Positions 21,368-33,681 of a stretch of 64,000 bases of DNA are shown here, in pieces (positions within the stretch are counted from its first letter, which is position 1; each line of letters opens with the position of its first letter). The stretch is from contig PPNB01000020.1 of NCBI GenBank assembly GCA_003707115.1, positions 1 through 64,000 on the forward strand, in the 5' to 3' direction. This stretch comes from Tortispora ganteri. Lineage: Eukaryota. The translations under genes and the position numbers were made by a program. The notes beneath the pieces were generated by a model. The model did no database searches. It had not been told where the DNA came from and saw nothing but the letters and a program-made list of their open reading frames with translations.

Positions 21368-22768
21368 ATGTCACAGTTCACTGTTTACGCGAACTATCAA
21401 AATAGAAGAATACAAGTTAGAATGTTTCCAAATGAGTCAGTACAATTGTTATTAGAGCGCTCTTGTACGGCGTTAGATCTAGATGCAGCCAAGTATGGGC
21501 TTAAAACTGGAAAGTCTATGCTTGACTTGTCTTTACCAATGCGCCTCAGCGGTCTTTTACCTGGTTCCAAAATTGAGGTAGTACCTATGTCGAACAAGCC
21601 ATATAACTTGAATATTGCGCTGAAACTTGAGGATATTGGTTTACGAGTGTCAGTAACCGTCTCATCGTCTGATACCGTCCTGGAGGTGCTGAGCAAAGGT
21701 GGGACGAGCGCCGGTGTAAACATTGTGCAACGAGTATCGGATTCTGGATATTACTACATACCAACTGTAACGTTCTTGAACAAAACTCTTACCTCATTGC
21801 CTGATCTTTCCAAGCCGATATCTTACTATGGTATCAAATCAGCCTCGCTCCTCAGGGTCAAGCTTGAACTATCCGACATCCTTTTCGATGATATAAAGAA
21901 TGATCTCGTATTTCATCGCCCAGAACAAGCCCCAGAAGTTCAACGCCCGACGGAAAAAAATGAACTAACCTCTATTCAATCCAAATCCACTGAGATTACG
22001 AACGGTCCAATACCACAACTGGCTGTAGATACTCCATCAATACCTCTGCCTCAAAGCGACAATGAGACTAAAACAACAGTGCCTCGAAGCGAAGACGAGG
22101 CGAAAACGAACCTTAGGGAAGTTCTAGTCTACAAATCAGTTGAGTCAAATACTTCTCAAAATGCTAATTACGAAGATGATGAAGCTACCTATGAGCTTAC
22201 TCTTGATAGAGCCAAACAATACCAAGCTATGCTATCTAACAAAGCCAGATCCGATGGCCCGTTAATGACCAAGGCGTTAAGAGAGAAACTACAAGAACAA
22301 AAGACTCCCCAAATATCACAAATTTTCATCAGAATAAGACTGCCAGACGAGACGCAGATTCAAAGTGGGTTTCTTCCAAATGAGTCTATCAATGCTGTAT
22401 ATTCATTTGTAAGGTCTACGTTAAAAGATCCTACCATCAGCTTCCAACTATCGGCTCCTAGGCCTGCTAGATCTTTTGATGAATATGATACATCCACTTT
22501 AATCGATTTACTGGGATTATCGTCCCGAGTTCTTTTACTTATGACTCTTGAAGGGAAAGCTCGCGTGCAACGGAATTCGTTACTTAAAGATGAATATCTG
22601 AAATTGGCCCTCGACATATCTACCGCAAATAGAACGTCCTCTGTCGATGATCTCAATAATATAGAAGATCAATCCTCAAAGCATACCGAATGTACAATAA
22701 CCAAACCAACTTCGAAGATAGCGTCTACTAAATCAATGCCGAAATGGTTGAAACTGGGAAAGAAATAG
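21368..22768 (+). CDS. UBX4: UBX-domain Cdc48 cofactor (Ubx4/TUG/ASPL family)
   Basis: N-terminal UBL (LDLSLPMRLSGLLPGSKIEV), UBX (IRIRLPDETQIQSGF), C-terminal PKWLKLGKK. Confidence 0.88.
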   Translation: MSQFTVYANYQNRRIQVRMFPNESVQLLLERSCTALDLDAAKYGLKTGKSMLDLSLPMRLSGLLPGSKIEVVPMSNKPYNLNIALKLEDIGLRVSVTVSSSDTVLEVLSKGGTSAGVNIVQRVSDSGYYYIPTVTFLNKTLTSLPDLSKPISYYGIKSASLLRVKLELSDILFDDIKNDLVFHRPEQAPEVQRPTEKNELTSIQSKSTEITNGPIPQLAVDTPSIPLPQSDNETKTTVPRSEDEAKTNLREVLVYKSVESNTSQNANYEDDEATYELTLDRAKQYQAMLSNKARSDGPLMTKALREKLQEQKTPQISQIFIRIRLPDETQIQSGFLPNESINAVYSFVRSTLKDPTISFQLSAPRPARSFDEYDTSTLIDLLGLSSRVLLLMTLEGKARVQRNSLLKDEYLKLALDISTANRTSSVDDLNNIEDQSSKHTECTITKPTSKIASTKSMPKWLKLGKK

Positions 22769-23073
22769 TAAGTCGCTCTAACAATATTAATACGCATTTT
22801 TTTACAACTGCTTACTTAAAACATAAAAATTTGTTCGATTGATGTTAAATCATTCGTACATAAAATAATCATTTCCATTTTCTAGCTGGATAGAAGCCAG
22901 CAAGACAAGAAGCTTATGCAAAAAATTATGCACAAACGAGAGACATGGCAGGTAAAAGGGCATTCAAGAAAAGATCAAGAGAGAGGAGTCACGAAGAAAA
23001 AGAAAAACGAAAAAATAGAACTAAAAGGATGAGAAGTGGAGTTCTTTTTTAACAGTATTCTTTCTTTTATCTT

Positions 23074-23388
23074 TTAATGAGCACGACGAGACTCAGCGAT
23101 TACACCATTGAGTTCCTCGACTTTGCTCTTGCCACGCTTGAAAGTTCCTAATCTTCTCTTAGCAAGTTTGCGCGCACGCTTGTCCTTGCTGTTACGCAAT
23201 AATTCCATAACACGTCGCTCATAAGGTGCAAATCCTACAACTTCCTTGATTAATCCGCGAACGAATTGAGTGTTCTTGGAGAGCTTGCCCTTAGAGTTGG
23301 AGGGACGGGCAGGAATGGCACGAGGAGTGACCTTGTGTCCCTTGTTAAGACCAACAGCAATACCTGATTTTTGTTCCTTAATAGCCAT
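23074..23388 (-). CDS. RPL36: 60S ribosomal protein L36e
   Basis: [43 protein letters not shown] at 23388, no intron in the CDS. Confidence 0.97.
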   Translation of the reverse strand: MAIKEQKSGIAVGLNKGHKVTPRAIPARPSNSKGKLSKNTQFVRGLIKEVVGFAPYERRVMELLRNSKDKRARKLAKRRLGTFKRGKSKVEELNGVIAESRRAH

Positions 23389-23682
23389 TGTTGCTTGTGA
23401 ATGTGTATATGAACGGTAAAGTACTAAGTACAGTATTGCTGAAAGGCCAAGTCGTTGATACATTGATGCTTCTCTTCCTCCCAACGTGACCGCTGTTAGG
23501 TTTAGAGTTGTCATACCAACACAACCCTATGAAGTGAAACTGTTTTAAGGTTGTTTCCGGTGGGAAAGGCTTGAAGACCCAATGCACCCAGCGGATTGCA
23601 GGTGCAGGTAAGGGGAAAGCTCAGTTCACATTAGAATTTCAGTTATTTGCATATTGAACTCGTTCTTTCATTAAATTAACCA

Positions 23683-26600
23683 ATGGACCCGCAGTAGTAA
23701 GTATTACTATTACATAGTATTATAGATTGTATTTTACGGTTGCTAACACGTGTAGTTTAGGGCTCGAATGTACCCTCCGAGAGGCGTGTTTATCCAAACT
23801 CTCGTCGGTGGTAATGCCGTCCTCGGATCAAATGTCTACATACTCTGCCTTATTTTCCGAATTGAATCCTGCAAATGGGTCTATATCAAATGGGAAGCAT
23901 TTAAAGAAACCTGAGATGTCTTCATTTTATCAATGCAAGCCTGATGAAGTACTGATGGCACTCTGTTCCTCTGCGGACAAAATTTCGGATATATCACGTG
24001 CCGAAGCATTGTTAGGTAGAATAGTCGAATCTCTCAACGTTTTGGCACTATCGAAAATAGATAGGTCTCCAATTGAATATGTTTGTAACCTAGTATTAGG
24101 GCTCCTGTCTCTGGGGTATAACTTCCCGTCATTGGAAACTCGAATATCTGATGCCTTATTTGACTTTTTAAAGCATACTTTGGATGACATACTACTCATA
24201 AGTCAAGGCTCTTCGGATGATTCTCTGATATCTTTAGAGATCTTACATGGAATACTTATTTCACTTTCGAAGAGTCACGCAAAAATTTCGTGCTCCTTCA
24301 AGATCCATCTCTTGCAACTGATTGAACATATATTCACTGATAATTTTATAAAGGTCGTTACTGATGCTTGCTCTATGTTATCGCAGCCAAAGACCTCGGC
24401 TGATTCTAAGAATTCGGTGTGCTATTCTTTCTGGTTTTTCTCTTACCTCTCCAGCAAGGTTTTATCCTCTTTCGTGCAGGATCTTGTAATTGCATCGCCT
24501 GCCGATACTTCAAGGTCATCTGAAGAAAGCCATCCTTATGCTCTACTCGAAAAATTGGTCACAACTGCCCAGTTTGTAGATGACATAGAAATTGGTGATT
24601 CTAATCGGCTATTAAAATTAGCACAGTCAATTGCGGAAACTGCTCTGAGATTAGCGGAATCTGGATCTTCTTATTGCATGATATCTTCTTTTGAAGATCT
24701 CAAATTTTCTCTGGATACAAAGTCTTATGCGCTTGCTGTAGCTTCTATTTCTTATCAAAATCCGTGTATTTTATCTTCTTATCTACATGATATTGTTAAA
24801 GCGACACTTGATAGCGATGCACAAATGCAAGACTTTGAACTAGCTTCTGTCGTTTACCTTGTCATAGTGATGTCTTCTGCTTCGCACAGTGATTTGGTCA
24901 CTATGTTTGCTAAACAGCTGCCTACTTTTATTTTGCGATGTAACCCATCGGAGGAACACATATTGAATGCGGCCAAATATCTTGGGCTAGCAGTGAAATC
25001 AGTCTCGCAGGATATTATTGTATCCACGCTTTACGTTTTGGCTAACATGATAAGCGAGTTTGATGACACTGCCGATCGAAATGCTAATGCACTTGTTCCT
25101 TTAGCCACCGGTAAAGCAGCCCTGCCCGATACGCAGAATTATCTGGCTCGCTTTTACACAACTAGTTCGAACCTCATGGTCCATAATGGGGATACCTATG
25201 ACATACGAAATGAGATAGAAGACAAGATTGTGTCTTGTATAGTAGGAATGGTCTCGCAGTATAACGATACCGTTATATCTGCACTTACTGCTACTATTCT
25301 TACACAAAAGCTTTCTCCTAGTTCACAGAGAGCTGTCGACTTATATATTATTGAAGGTCTTGCTCGCATCTGCCCTTATCTAACAGTTAGAGAGTTCAAA
25401 CCTGTGATTAAGCTATTCACTAGATTGAGCAGCACTTCATCGATAACGGGGAACAGCAAGCTGATTGATACTATAAAGCGAGCTCGTATCATTGTATCTC
25501 GAGCGTTAAGCCCAGGAAACATTCTTTTCGAACCCTACTTAACCGAGTTGCTATCTTCAATTGTGTCCAAAAACTCCTCTGATTCGCACTCTAAGCATAC
25601 ACAACATGGTTCTAGTAAGAAATTGCGGCGGTCAGCGAATGAACTCATTCATATCATCGCACCTCTTGCTGAACTACTTCCTGATGATAGCCAGCTTGCA
25701 TTCAGAACTACAGATAACCAGCTAAACACTCTCTTCCGTAGCGCTTGGTTTAATTTGGCTGCACATGGATTCACTATAGAGCAAGAAATTGTCAAAGCTG
25801 ATATCGTGTACATGCGTCGAATTGCCCGGAGCTCACCTCCTTTGGTTTCGGAAATATCAGCTTACCAGTTGGACAGCCAGCTGGAACTGAACACTATTTT
25901 GCGCAGAAGCTCTGATGGAAATTTTCATGACCTCAAGCATTACTTGATGAATACACTGCACTTGAACTCTTATGAGATAAAGCAACTATCAGTGTCAAAG
26001 CAAATATTCATAGGGGCTATGCTACTATTGGAAATATTACGAGCACAATCAGGCAGTTGCTCTAAAGCCATTTTGTATTTCCTGGATCCTGGTTTCAAGG
26101 CTGCTGATGGCTCAAAAATTATATACTCGGTCTTGGACATCATACTTAAAGAGTATATTTCCGGATGTGCTGTTACACTTACGAAATCAGCAGTTCCCAG
26201 TGTTACTGAGCAAGCGCGAGAACTTCTGATTTCCTGCTGCCATCGACTTAAGACTGTTCAAGATGCAGCATTTTACGCATTTGATAAACTGCTTAATGCG
26301 TTTCCTTCGGTGCTCTGTTATCGAGAGTGTATGTTTGTGCTCCTTGAACTTATTGATATTATGTGGTCGAGCTGCATGGATATGTACACAGAAGAGTATT
26401 TTCCACATTCCAAATTTCATTCACCAACATATGAATTTGACTTACAGCTGTCAGACTCCTATGAGCAACGCCGAGGTACCTTATTATCTTTTCAGAAGAA
26501 AGCAAAAGAATGGATATTATTTGTGATAAACTCTATGTCTTATAGCATAAAGTCAATATTGCAAAGCTACCTACTCCAAGAAGATGATCATTTCATTGGA

Positions 26601-29411
26601 AAGATATCAGCAGGTAGAGCTTTTGCACTGGAAATGGGCAAGATAGTGTCTCCAAACGACCGTGAGCGTTACCTGGTTGAAACTGCTTCAACCGGATTAG
26701 GGTCATCAGCTGTTTCTGATTTTTTGGCACAATATTCAAGACATCAAATTAGAGTATATATTATGGGTCAAGATAGCGACGAGGCTAAACGATTCGACGA
26801 TGAAAAGCAAGGACTAATCACTGAATTGAAACGAATAGTGAAATTGTATCAAGAGGGAAAAGCAGTGCCTATTTCACATACTCGAGAAGTTATAATGACC
26901 ACAGCCGGGTTAATTATTAGCAATGCGAATCGAAATTGTTATGATCTGGCACGTCTTCTAGTGTCCATTCCTTTTGCCGCTTTCACTCATTCCACTTTTG
27001 AACTCGCGTTTCCTGTGTGGTTTTGGATTGCTTCTCAAAATGTGAATCTTAGAATATTCATATTCTCAAGAGTTTGCTTTGAATTCGATTGGAGTGTTCG
27101 CGAAGGTAAAGGATTGTACTCAAAACATTTTGATAAACCAGCAGTTTTTTGTCAGAAAATGGAGTACAAGCCTTCGAAAGTTGACGAGATCCGCTTTCAA
27201 GAGAAGTTGATATTGAACTCATTTGAGCCGCATATACTTGCTTGTCGAATTTTATACAGTATGTATCACGCCTCTAAAATGATATCTATAGACGTTGAAT
27301 ATATGCTGGTCAGGGCACTTGGTAATGCAATTGATAATTTTCACAGAGCGAGTTTTCACCCGTTAGCTCGATACCCTAGATTCGAAATGATTCATTATGC
27401 TCTGAAGTTTTTCACGCAATCTTCGGCTTTCACCGAAAAGGAGAAGACTCTTTGGTATGAGAAGATTTTTGCTTCTGCATTAATTTGTTATGAAGTATAC
27501 CCATGCTACCCTTATGGCGGAAATCGTTTAAGGTTAATAGCCGAACTTGGTTTACTAAATGATCTGATACTAGTTGTTGAACAAATCAACTGTGTTGGCG
27601 CTAAGCTGCAAAAGTTCCGTACATTACTTGTGCTGTTCTTGGCCAATGATATTACTAAAATTAGTGTTTGGTTAGATCCTGTCTCTATGTCTTATATACG
27701 CGGCTCAAAAGAGGCTGATATAGCAAAACGTGCACTGGACAGAGTACAACCGACTTTTTTTACAGATGTTTGGAAATATAACCCACTCCTTGCAAGAAAC
27801 TTGAGCCACATTTATCCGAATACTTTTCCGAAAGAATTGGTTTCAAAGATAATCCTTTCGACTCCTGAACGGCTAATAAGTTACGCAGAATTTGTGGACG
27901 ACTATCTATTAGCAGCAACCGTTGAAGCCAGGCATTGGCTATTGCTTTGGAAGCCATGTGAGCCTATAACTGCTATTAACTTATTGATGAAATATAGTGG
28001 AGATCCTTACGTCACTCAATATGCTATGCGTTCATTTCAATCTTTTAGCCATGATATAACATTTTTTTATGTGCCTCAGCTAGTGCAAGGACTTCGACAC
28101 GATCCTTTAGGTTATGTTGAGAAATTAATTTTGGAGACCGCTAAGCTGAGCTCACTTTTTGCGCATCAGATTATTTGGAATATTTTGGCTAACCGCTTTA
28201 AAGATGAAGATGCAGAAAAACCGGATACACTTAAGCCAGTATTTGATCGAGTAATGAGCGAGGTGATTGATTCATTCCAAGATGAAGAGAAGGATTTCTA
28301 TTATAGGGAGTTTACTTTTTTTGATGAGGTGACCTCAATTTCTGGGAAGCTGAAGCCATATATTAAGAAATCTAAAGCTGAAAAGAAGGCTAAGATTGAT
28401 GAAGAGATGAGCAAGATTGAATTACTTGATGATGTATATCTTCCTAGTAATCCTGATGGAGTTGTCGTTGGAATTGATCGTCGAGCAGGCAAGCCACTTC
28501 AAAGTCATGCGAAAGCCCCATTTCTGGCCACCTTCAAGATACGATGTGATGAGCAAATTTTGAATATAGATGATATGGATGAAGGAGGTGTACCAGTCGA
28601 AAAGAAGATGAAAGTGACCAAAGAAGTATGGCATAGTGCCATTTTCAAAGTTGGAGACGATTGTAGACAAGATGTTTTAGCGTTGCAGCTGATTTCGGTA
28701 TTTCGATCTATTTTTGAGGCCAATGGGCTTGCATTATATGTTTTTCCTTACCGTGTAACAGCTACTGGACCTGGTTGTGGAGTCATAGATGTACTTCCAC
28801 ATTCAATTTCCCGTGACATGCTTGGTCGTGAAGCAGTGAACGGTCTACACGCATATTTTATCAGCAAATACGGCAGTGAAGAATCTATTGCCTACCAAGA
28901 AGCGCGGATGAATTTTGTTCAAAGTTTGGCTGCATATTCTGTGATTTCTTATCTATTGCAATTCAAAGATAGACATAATGGAAACATTATGTACGACAAT
29001 GATGGACATATTTTGCACATTGATTTTGGATTCTGTTTTGATATTGTTCCCGGTGGGGTCAAGTTTGAAGCTGCACCATTTAAGCTCACTCATGAGATGG
29101 TTCAAGTTCTTGGAGGTAATTCTCGGACGCAGAGCTTTTTGTGGTTTGAGGAACTGTGTATCAAGGCTTATTTAGCGAGTCGGCCATATGCGAATGAGAT
29201 TATTGGAGTTGTTGAAGCGATGCTGGACAGCGGGTTGCCTTGTTTCAAGGGATTAACTACCATAAAGAAGCTGAGACAGAGGTTTCAATTACATAGAAGC
29301 GATAAATCAGCTGCGGAGTTTATGCGAGGACTTATTCGAAAGAGTTACGAGAGCATCTATACGAAAGGGTACGACGAGTTTCAAAGGATTACAAACGGAA
29401 TTCCATATTAG
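23683..29411 (+). CDS. STT4: Phosphatidylinositol 4-kinase type III alpha, two exons (23683-23696, 23756-29411)
   Basis: Exon 1 ATGGACCCGCAGTA; intron 23697-23755 (GTAAGT..GCTAAC..TAG) restores the frame (MDPQYLGLE..). Kinase motifs LQSHAKAPF, FKVGDDCRQD, KDRHNGNIM, HIDFGF; ends TNGIPY. Confidence 0.95.
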
Positions 29412-29550
29412 TGCATCTAATCTCAAAAGCAGGATATACATAAGAAGAAGGGAAGAAATAGTTGCTTATAATGGAAATTGACGAACAAGTGGCATAGAGC
29501 ATTCTAAGAGGAGGAGAAATGATAATAAGGTGAAAGGCATATCGAGTAAA

Positions 29551-30180
29551 TTAGGTGCATAGAGTTGATATGGCCAATTGGACACCCTCAACAATAGCGA
29601 TATGTTCGACAGAATGAATTCTGGATTCGAAGGATTCAAGAGTGTCGTCAGGTAAGAATGGTACTTCTTTTACTACCAAAGGGGTTCCGCGATCGACTTC
29701 TTTTATGACTTGATGTATCATTACCCCTGATTTTCGTATTTCACCATTTTTGCCCGCATTGTAAGCTCTTTCGATAGCATTGATACCATCGAACTGACCG
29801 GGTAGAGCAGGATGTAAGTTGATTATAGGAATTTTTTTCTCGGATATGATATCGAGGAAAGAAGGAGAGAGGATCAGCATCCATCCTGCGCATACGATTA
29901 AGTCAGGATTCAGATTAACAATTATGTTTGCCAGGTCAATATTGAATTGCTTCCTTGCAGCTTTTCTTTTATCCTTATCAGTCAAATCTTTGTAATAAGT
30001 CTGAAGTTCATGTACCGTTGTAGGTATATTTGCATTAGCAGCCCTTTGGAGTCCATAAGCTGTAGAAGATGAAGATATGACGTGGAACAAGTTGATCGGT
30101 AATGAGCCTGACTTTGAGGCGTCAATTAAAGCCTGTAAATTGGTTCCTGAACCTGATATCATTACTAGTACGTTTTTCAT
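29551..30180 (-). CDS. ADE8: Phosphoribosylglycinamide formyltransferase
   Basis: ISGSGTNLQALID, CAGWMLIL, INLHPALPGQFDG, EVDRG. Confidence 0.96.
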   Translation of the reverse strand: MKNVLVMISGSGTNLQALIDASKSGSLPINLFHVISSSSTAYGLQRAANANIPTTVHELQTYYKDLTDKDKRKAARKQFNIDLANIIVNLNPDLIVCAGWMLILSPSFLDIISEKKIPIINLHPALPGQFDGINAIERAYNAGKNGEIRKSGVMIHQVIKEVDRGTPLVVKEVPFLPDDTLESFESRIHSVEHIAIVEGVQLAISTLCT

Positions 30181-30345
30181 TGTGAGATATATAGTCTGCT
30201 TTTTTTTTATCCCGAATAATAATAATATAAACCTGTTTTTTTCTTTCTTAGTAGCAATAAAAGTGTTGAAAAAGCAAATTTAGACTCGAAGTAAGTTCGA
30301 AAGTTTACTTAGAAAACAACAATACCCTTTTATTTCATCGCTGAT

Positions 30346-31947
30346 ATGACAGATATTGACCATGTATTGAACGAAAACAGCGATGATTTTATTTTATGGG
30401 AAGAAGCTATTAAGCAGGTTGAATCGAAAATATCGAAATCCTCAAGTTCTACTGAAATAAAACAGTTCCATGCTTTGTTTGACCAATTTCTAACCAAGTT
30501 TCCTCTTCTATATGGCTACTGGATGAAATATGCCGATATTGAATTCAAAATAAAAGACTCATCATCCTCTGAGCTAATTTATGAACGGGCTGTAGCTTCA
30601 ATACCTACTTCAGTCGATTTATGGGTAAAATATATCGATTTCGAGACATCGATATCGCAGGATCACTCTACACTCAGATCTCTCTATAAACGGGCAACTG
30701 CTTCCTGCGGGAGAGATTTCATGTCTCATACTTTATGGGACAAGTATATTGAATTTGAAACGTCGCTTGGTAATACTGAAGAAGTATACAGTATTCTGGA
30801 CTTCGTTATTCGCTTACCCCTTCATCAGTATGCCAGGTACTTTGAACAATTCTCAACTCTGCTTCCTACCCGACCTTTACCTAATCTGGTTAACGAAGAA
30901 TTAACTGAACAATTTACGCAAGAAATAGATAATGGGGCGAGAAATCCCGACTACGAAAAACTATTCCGCTCGAAAGTTACTGACTATTACAAAGCGATAG
31001 CCTTACGCACCCAGAATGGCACTTCTGCGAGATGGACCTTCGAGTCTAAAATTTCTCGGCCTTACTTCCACATCGCAGAACTCGAATACTCAGAAATACG
31101 TAATTGGTATTCTTACTTGGATTTTGAAGAAGATCAAGGCGATTTTGACAGTATAACTTCACTATACGAAAGGTGTTTGGTCCCATGTGCACTGTATGAT
31201 TCCTTTTGGTTGCGCTACATCCGCTGGTTATCAGGTAAATTGGACACTGAAGAGGAGGTACGAAACATATATAAAAGAGCTTGCTCCGTTTTTGTGCCAA
31301 TAGGTCGTCCATTTATAAGAATATCATTTGCACTATTTGAAGAGTCAAATAATAGGCCTTCTGTTGCAAATGATATATATAATGCTCTGCTACATGCCCT
31401 TCCCGACTCCCTCGAAGTTATTATATCTAAAGCTAACTTCATCAGACGTACCAAAAATATAGAAGCCGCTATTGATTATTATAATACGCTGATCGATTCT
31501 CCTGATACCTCTTATACAGTGAAAGGACCATTGACTGTTGAGTTGGCCAAACTGTATTGGAAACTTCAAGGAAAACCCGAAAAAGCTCGACAGCTCTTCC
31601 AACAAACTGCAACTTGGTACTTGGACTCCCCATACTTCTGGATCAACTACCTTAAGTTTGAAATAGAGCAGCCTCTGGATTCTGAAAACCCACAAAACAA
31701 TCATAAATTGATTGCTGGCGTTCATTATGACATTATAACAAACGCTACATTACCACCGCACATCTCTAAGGACCTTTCGCACGTCTACATGGACTACCTG
31801 CTACAGCATGGGGATTCGAAATCTCTGAAAGAGTACATGTATTTGGACCGTCAAATAAACGGACCTTTTTCTGTACAAGACTTGCATAAAAGAAAGCTCG
31901 ATACTTCAAGTGATCCTACCGATACGGTGAAACGTCAGAAAATATAA
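30346..31947 (+). CDS. PRP39: U1 snRNP HAT-repeat protein Prp39
   Basis: FLTKFPLLYGYW.KYA, SVDLW, GRDFMSH.LWDKYIEFE, RPYFH, LYERCLVPCALY. Confidence 0.9.
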   Translation: MTDIDHVLNENSDDFILWEEAIKQVESKISKSSSSTEIKQFHALFDQFLTKFPLLYGYWMKYADIEFKIKDSSSSELIYERAVASIPTSVDLWVKYIDFETSISQDHSTLRSLYKRATASCGRDFMSHTLWDKYIEFETSLGNTEEVYSILDFVIRLPLHQYARYFEQFSTLLPTRPLPNLVNEELTEQFTQEIDNGARNPDYEKLFRSKVTDYYKAIALRTQNGTSARWTFESKISRPYFHIAELEYSEIRNWYSYLDFEEDQGDFDSITSLYERCLVPCALYDSFWLRYIRWLSGKLDTEEEVRNIYKRACSVFVPIGRPFIRISFALFEESNNRPSVANDIYNALLHALPDSLEVIISKANFIRRTKNIEAAIDYYNTLIDSPDTSYTVKGPLTVELAKLYWKLQGKPEKARQLFQQTATWYLDSPYFWINYLKFEIEQPLDSENPQNNHKLIAGVHYDIITNATLPPHISKDLSHVYMDYLLQHGDSKSLKEYMYLDRQINGPFSVQDLHKRKLDTSSDPTDTVKRQKI

Positions 31948-32051
31948 CTTTTTGATGACAACGTTATTGATTAGGCTCCCAACTGCACCAAACATAACTT
32001 TTGCTGTACTACTCTTAACCCACTGTTAGCAGCACTCTAAACAGATCACTT

Positions 32052-33596
32052 ATGGATTATAATTACTCGTTAATTCCACAAACAATAGCTATAACTGCTT
32101 TTAAATTATTATTATTTCCAGCTTATAAATCTACTGATTTTGAAGTACATAGAAATTGGTTGGCAATAACATATTCTTTGCCTCTGCGGAGCTGGTATTT
32201 CGATAACACATCCGAATGGACTCTTGATTATCCGCCGTTATTCGCTTACTTTGAATACTGCTTATCACATATAGCAAAATTAATTGATCCGAAAATTGTG
32301 CAACTGAACAATCTAAATTATGATTCAACTTCTGTCATAGCTTTCCAGAGATCATCCGTTATCATCTCAGAGTTTTTGCTTGTCTCAGCTCTCTCGTATT
32401 TAGTTAATTCCTTCACACATAAGCCTAATGGTCATGATCGCGCTCGGCGAGCTTTTGCTTCTGCATTAGCTGTGCTATTATATCCCGGTTTCATCATTAT
32501 TGATCACACACATTTCCAATACAATGGGTTTTTGTATGGAATACTTGTTTATTCGATCGCTTTCGCACTGAGAAAACGCTACATTGCTTGCGCTGCTGCT
32601 TTTACAGCTTTGCTTCTATTTAAACATATTTATTTATACATAGCACCGGCTTATTTCATTTTCTTGCTGCGATCTTATGCCTTATCGCAACCCACTTTTT
32701 TATTGAAGATTGCCGCCCTCACAAAAACGGCGTTAACTGTTCTGTTTGTTGTTTTCTTATCATTTGCCCCTATACTTATCGACACCTACCTTAATGATCC
32801 AAAACTAGACTCTATTGTTGATCAACTTACTCAAATCAAAACTCGCTTATTTCCTTTCTCCAGAGGCCTGTGCCATACATATTGGGCTCCAAACTTCTGG
32901 GCCTTATATGCTTTTTCAGACAGAGTTCTGTCATTTTCATGTGAAATCTTAGGAATATCTTATTCTAAAATATCCTCGGCTACAAGAGGTCTAGTGGGTG
33001 ATACATCATTTGCTATATTGCCTCAGATTACTCCAAAAATGACGTTTATAATATCTGCTTCTTTGGAAATGCTAGCTATGTTAAAACTTTTGTTCTACCC
33101 GTCATATGAGCGCTTCTTAGGATGCATGGTCTTCTGTGGCTTTTCATCTTTTCTATTCGGATGGCATGTTCATGAAAAAGCCATTCTCTTGCCTTTTGTA
33201 CCAATGACCTTGCTCTCGTTACACAATCGCAGAATCCTGGAGTCTTATTACCCTCTAGTGTTTTCTTCCGTTTTCTCTTTGTTTCCTCTTTTGTTTGGAA
33301 CAGCTGAAGCTGGTGTCAAATGGGGTTATTCTTTATTCTGGATACTAGCCTTAGTATCATCCTTTAATTTCTTAGCCCCTTCGGTTACTCGTCGACGGTT
33401 CCTGCTCGACAGAGTCAGCCACGTCTATAATATTGGAATGATTCCGGTAGGTTTGTTTTTGGATTTTGGCCCTTCACTTCCTTTTATCAGAAAATACCCT
33501 TTCCTTCCGTTAATGATTGTTTCAATCTATTGCGCACTCGGAGTCATAGCTAGCTGGATCAGCTTTTCATGGCTATATTTCTTTACGAATTTCTAA
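32052..33596 (+). CDS. ALG8: Dolichyl-P-Glc:Glc1Man9GlcNAc2-PP-dolichol alpha-1,3-glucosyltransferase
   Basis: YKSTDFEVHRNWLAIT, SEWTLDYPP, DHTHFQYNG, RLFPFSRGLCH.YWAPN, GWHVHEKAIL. Confidence 0.96.
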   Translation: MDYNYSLIPQTIAITAFKLLLFPAYKSTDFEVHRNWLAITYSLPLRSWYFDNTSEWTLDYPPLFAYFEYCLSHIAKLIDPKIVQLNNLNYDSTSVIAFQRSSVIISEFLLVSALSYLVNSFTHKPNGHDRARRAFASALAVLLYPGFIIIDHTHFQYNGFLYGILVYSIAFALRKRYIACAAAFTALLLFKHIYLYIAPAYFIFLLRSYALSQPTFLLKIAALTKTALTVLFVVFLSFAPILIDTYLNDPKLDSIVDQLTQIKTRLFPFSRGLCHTYWAPNFWALYAFSDRVLSFSCEILGISYSKISSATRGLVGDTSFAILPQITPKMTFIISASLEMLAMLKLLFYPSYERFLGCMVFCGFSSFLFGWHVHEKAILLPFVPMTLLSLHNRRILESYYPLVFSSVFSLFPLLFGTAEAGVKWGYSLFWILALVSSFNFLAPSVTRRRFLLDRVSHVYNIGMIPVGLFLDFGPSLPFIRKYPFLPLMIVSIYCALGVIASWISFSWLYFFTNF

Positions 33597-33681
33597 GCGC
33601 GTATGATCATAATTTATTAAATATGCATGTAAAATGGAGACTAAATGAAATGAAATAATTTGAGGCAAATGACCAGGGATT

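Noticed and set aside
23389..23514. N-terminal extensions given by the ORF track for RPL36 (and similarly YFH7, LEU3, PSST, SDH3, STR3)
   Set aside because: They come from upstream TTG/GTG or poorly placed ATG starts. Family N-termini and start context favour the downstream ATGs reported.
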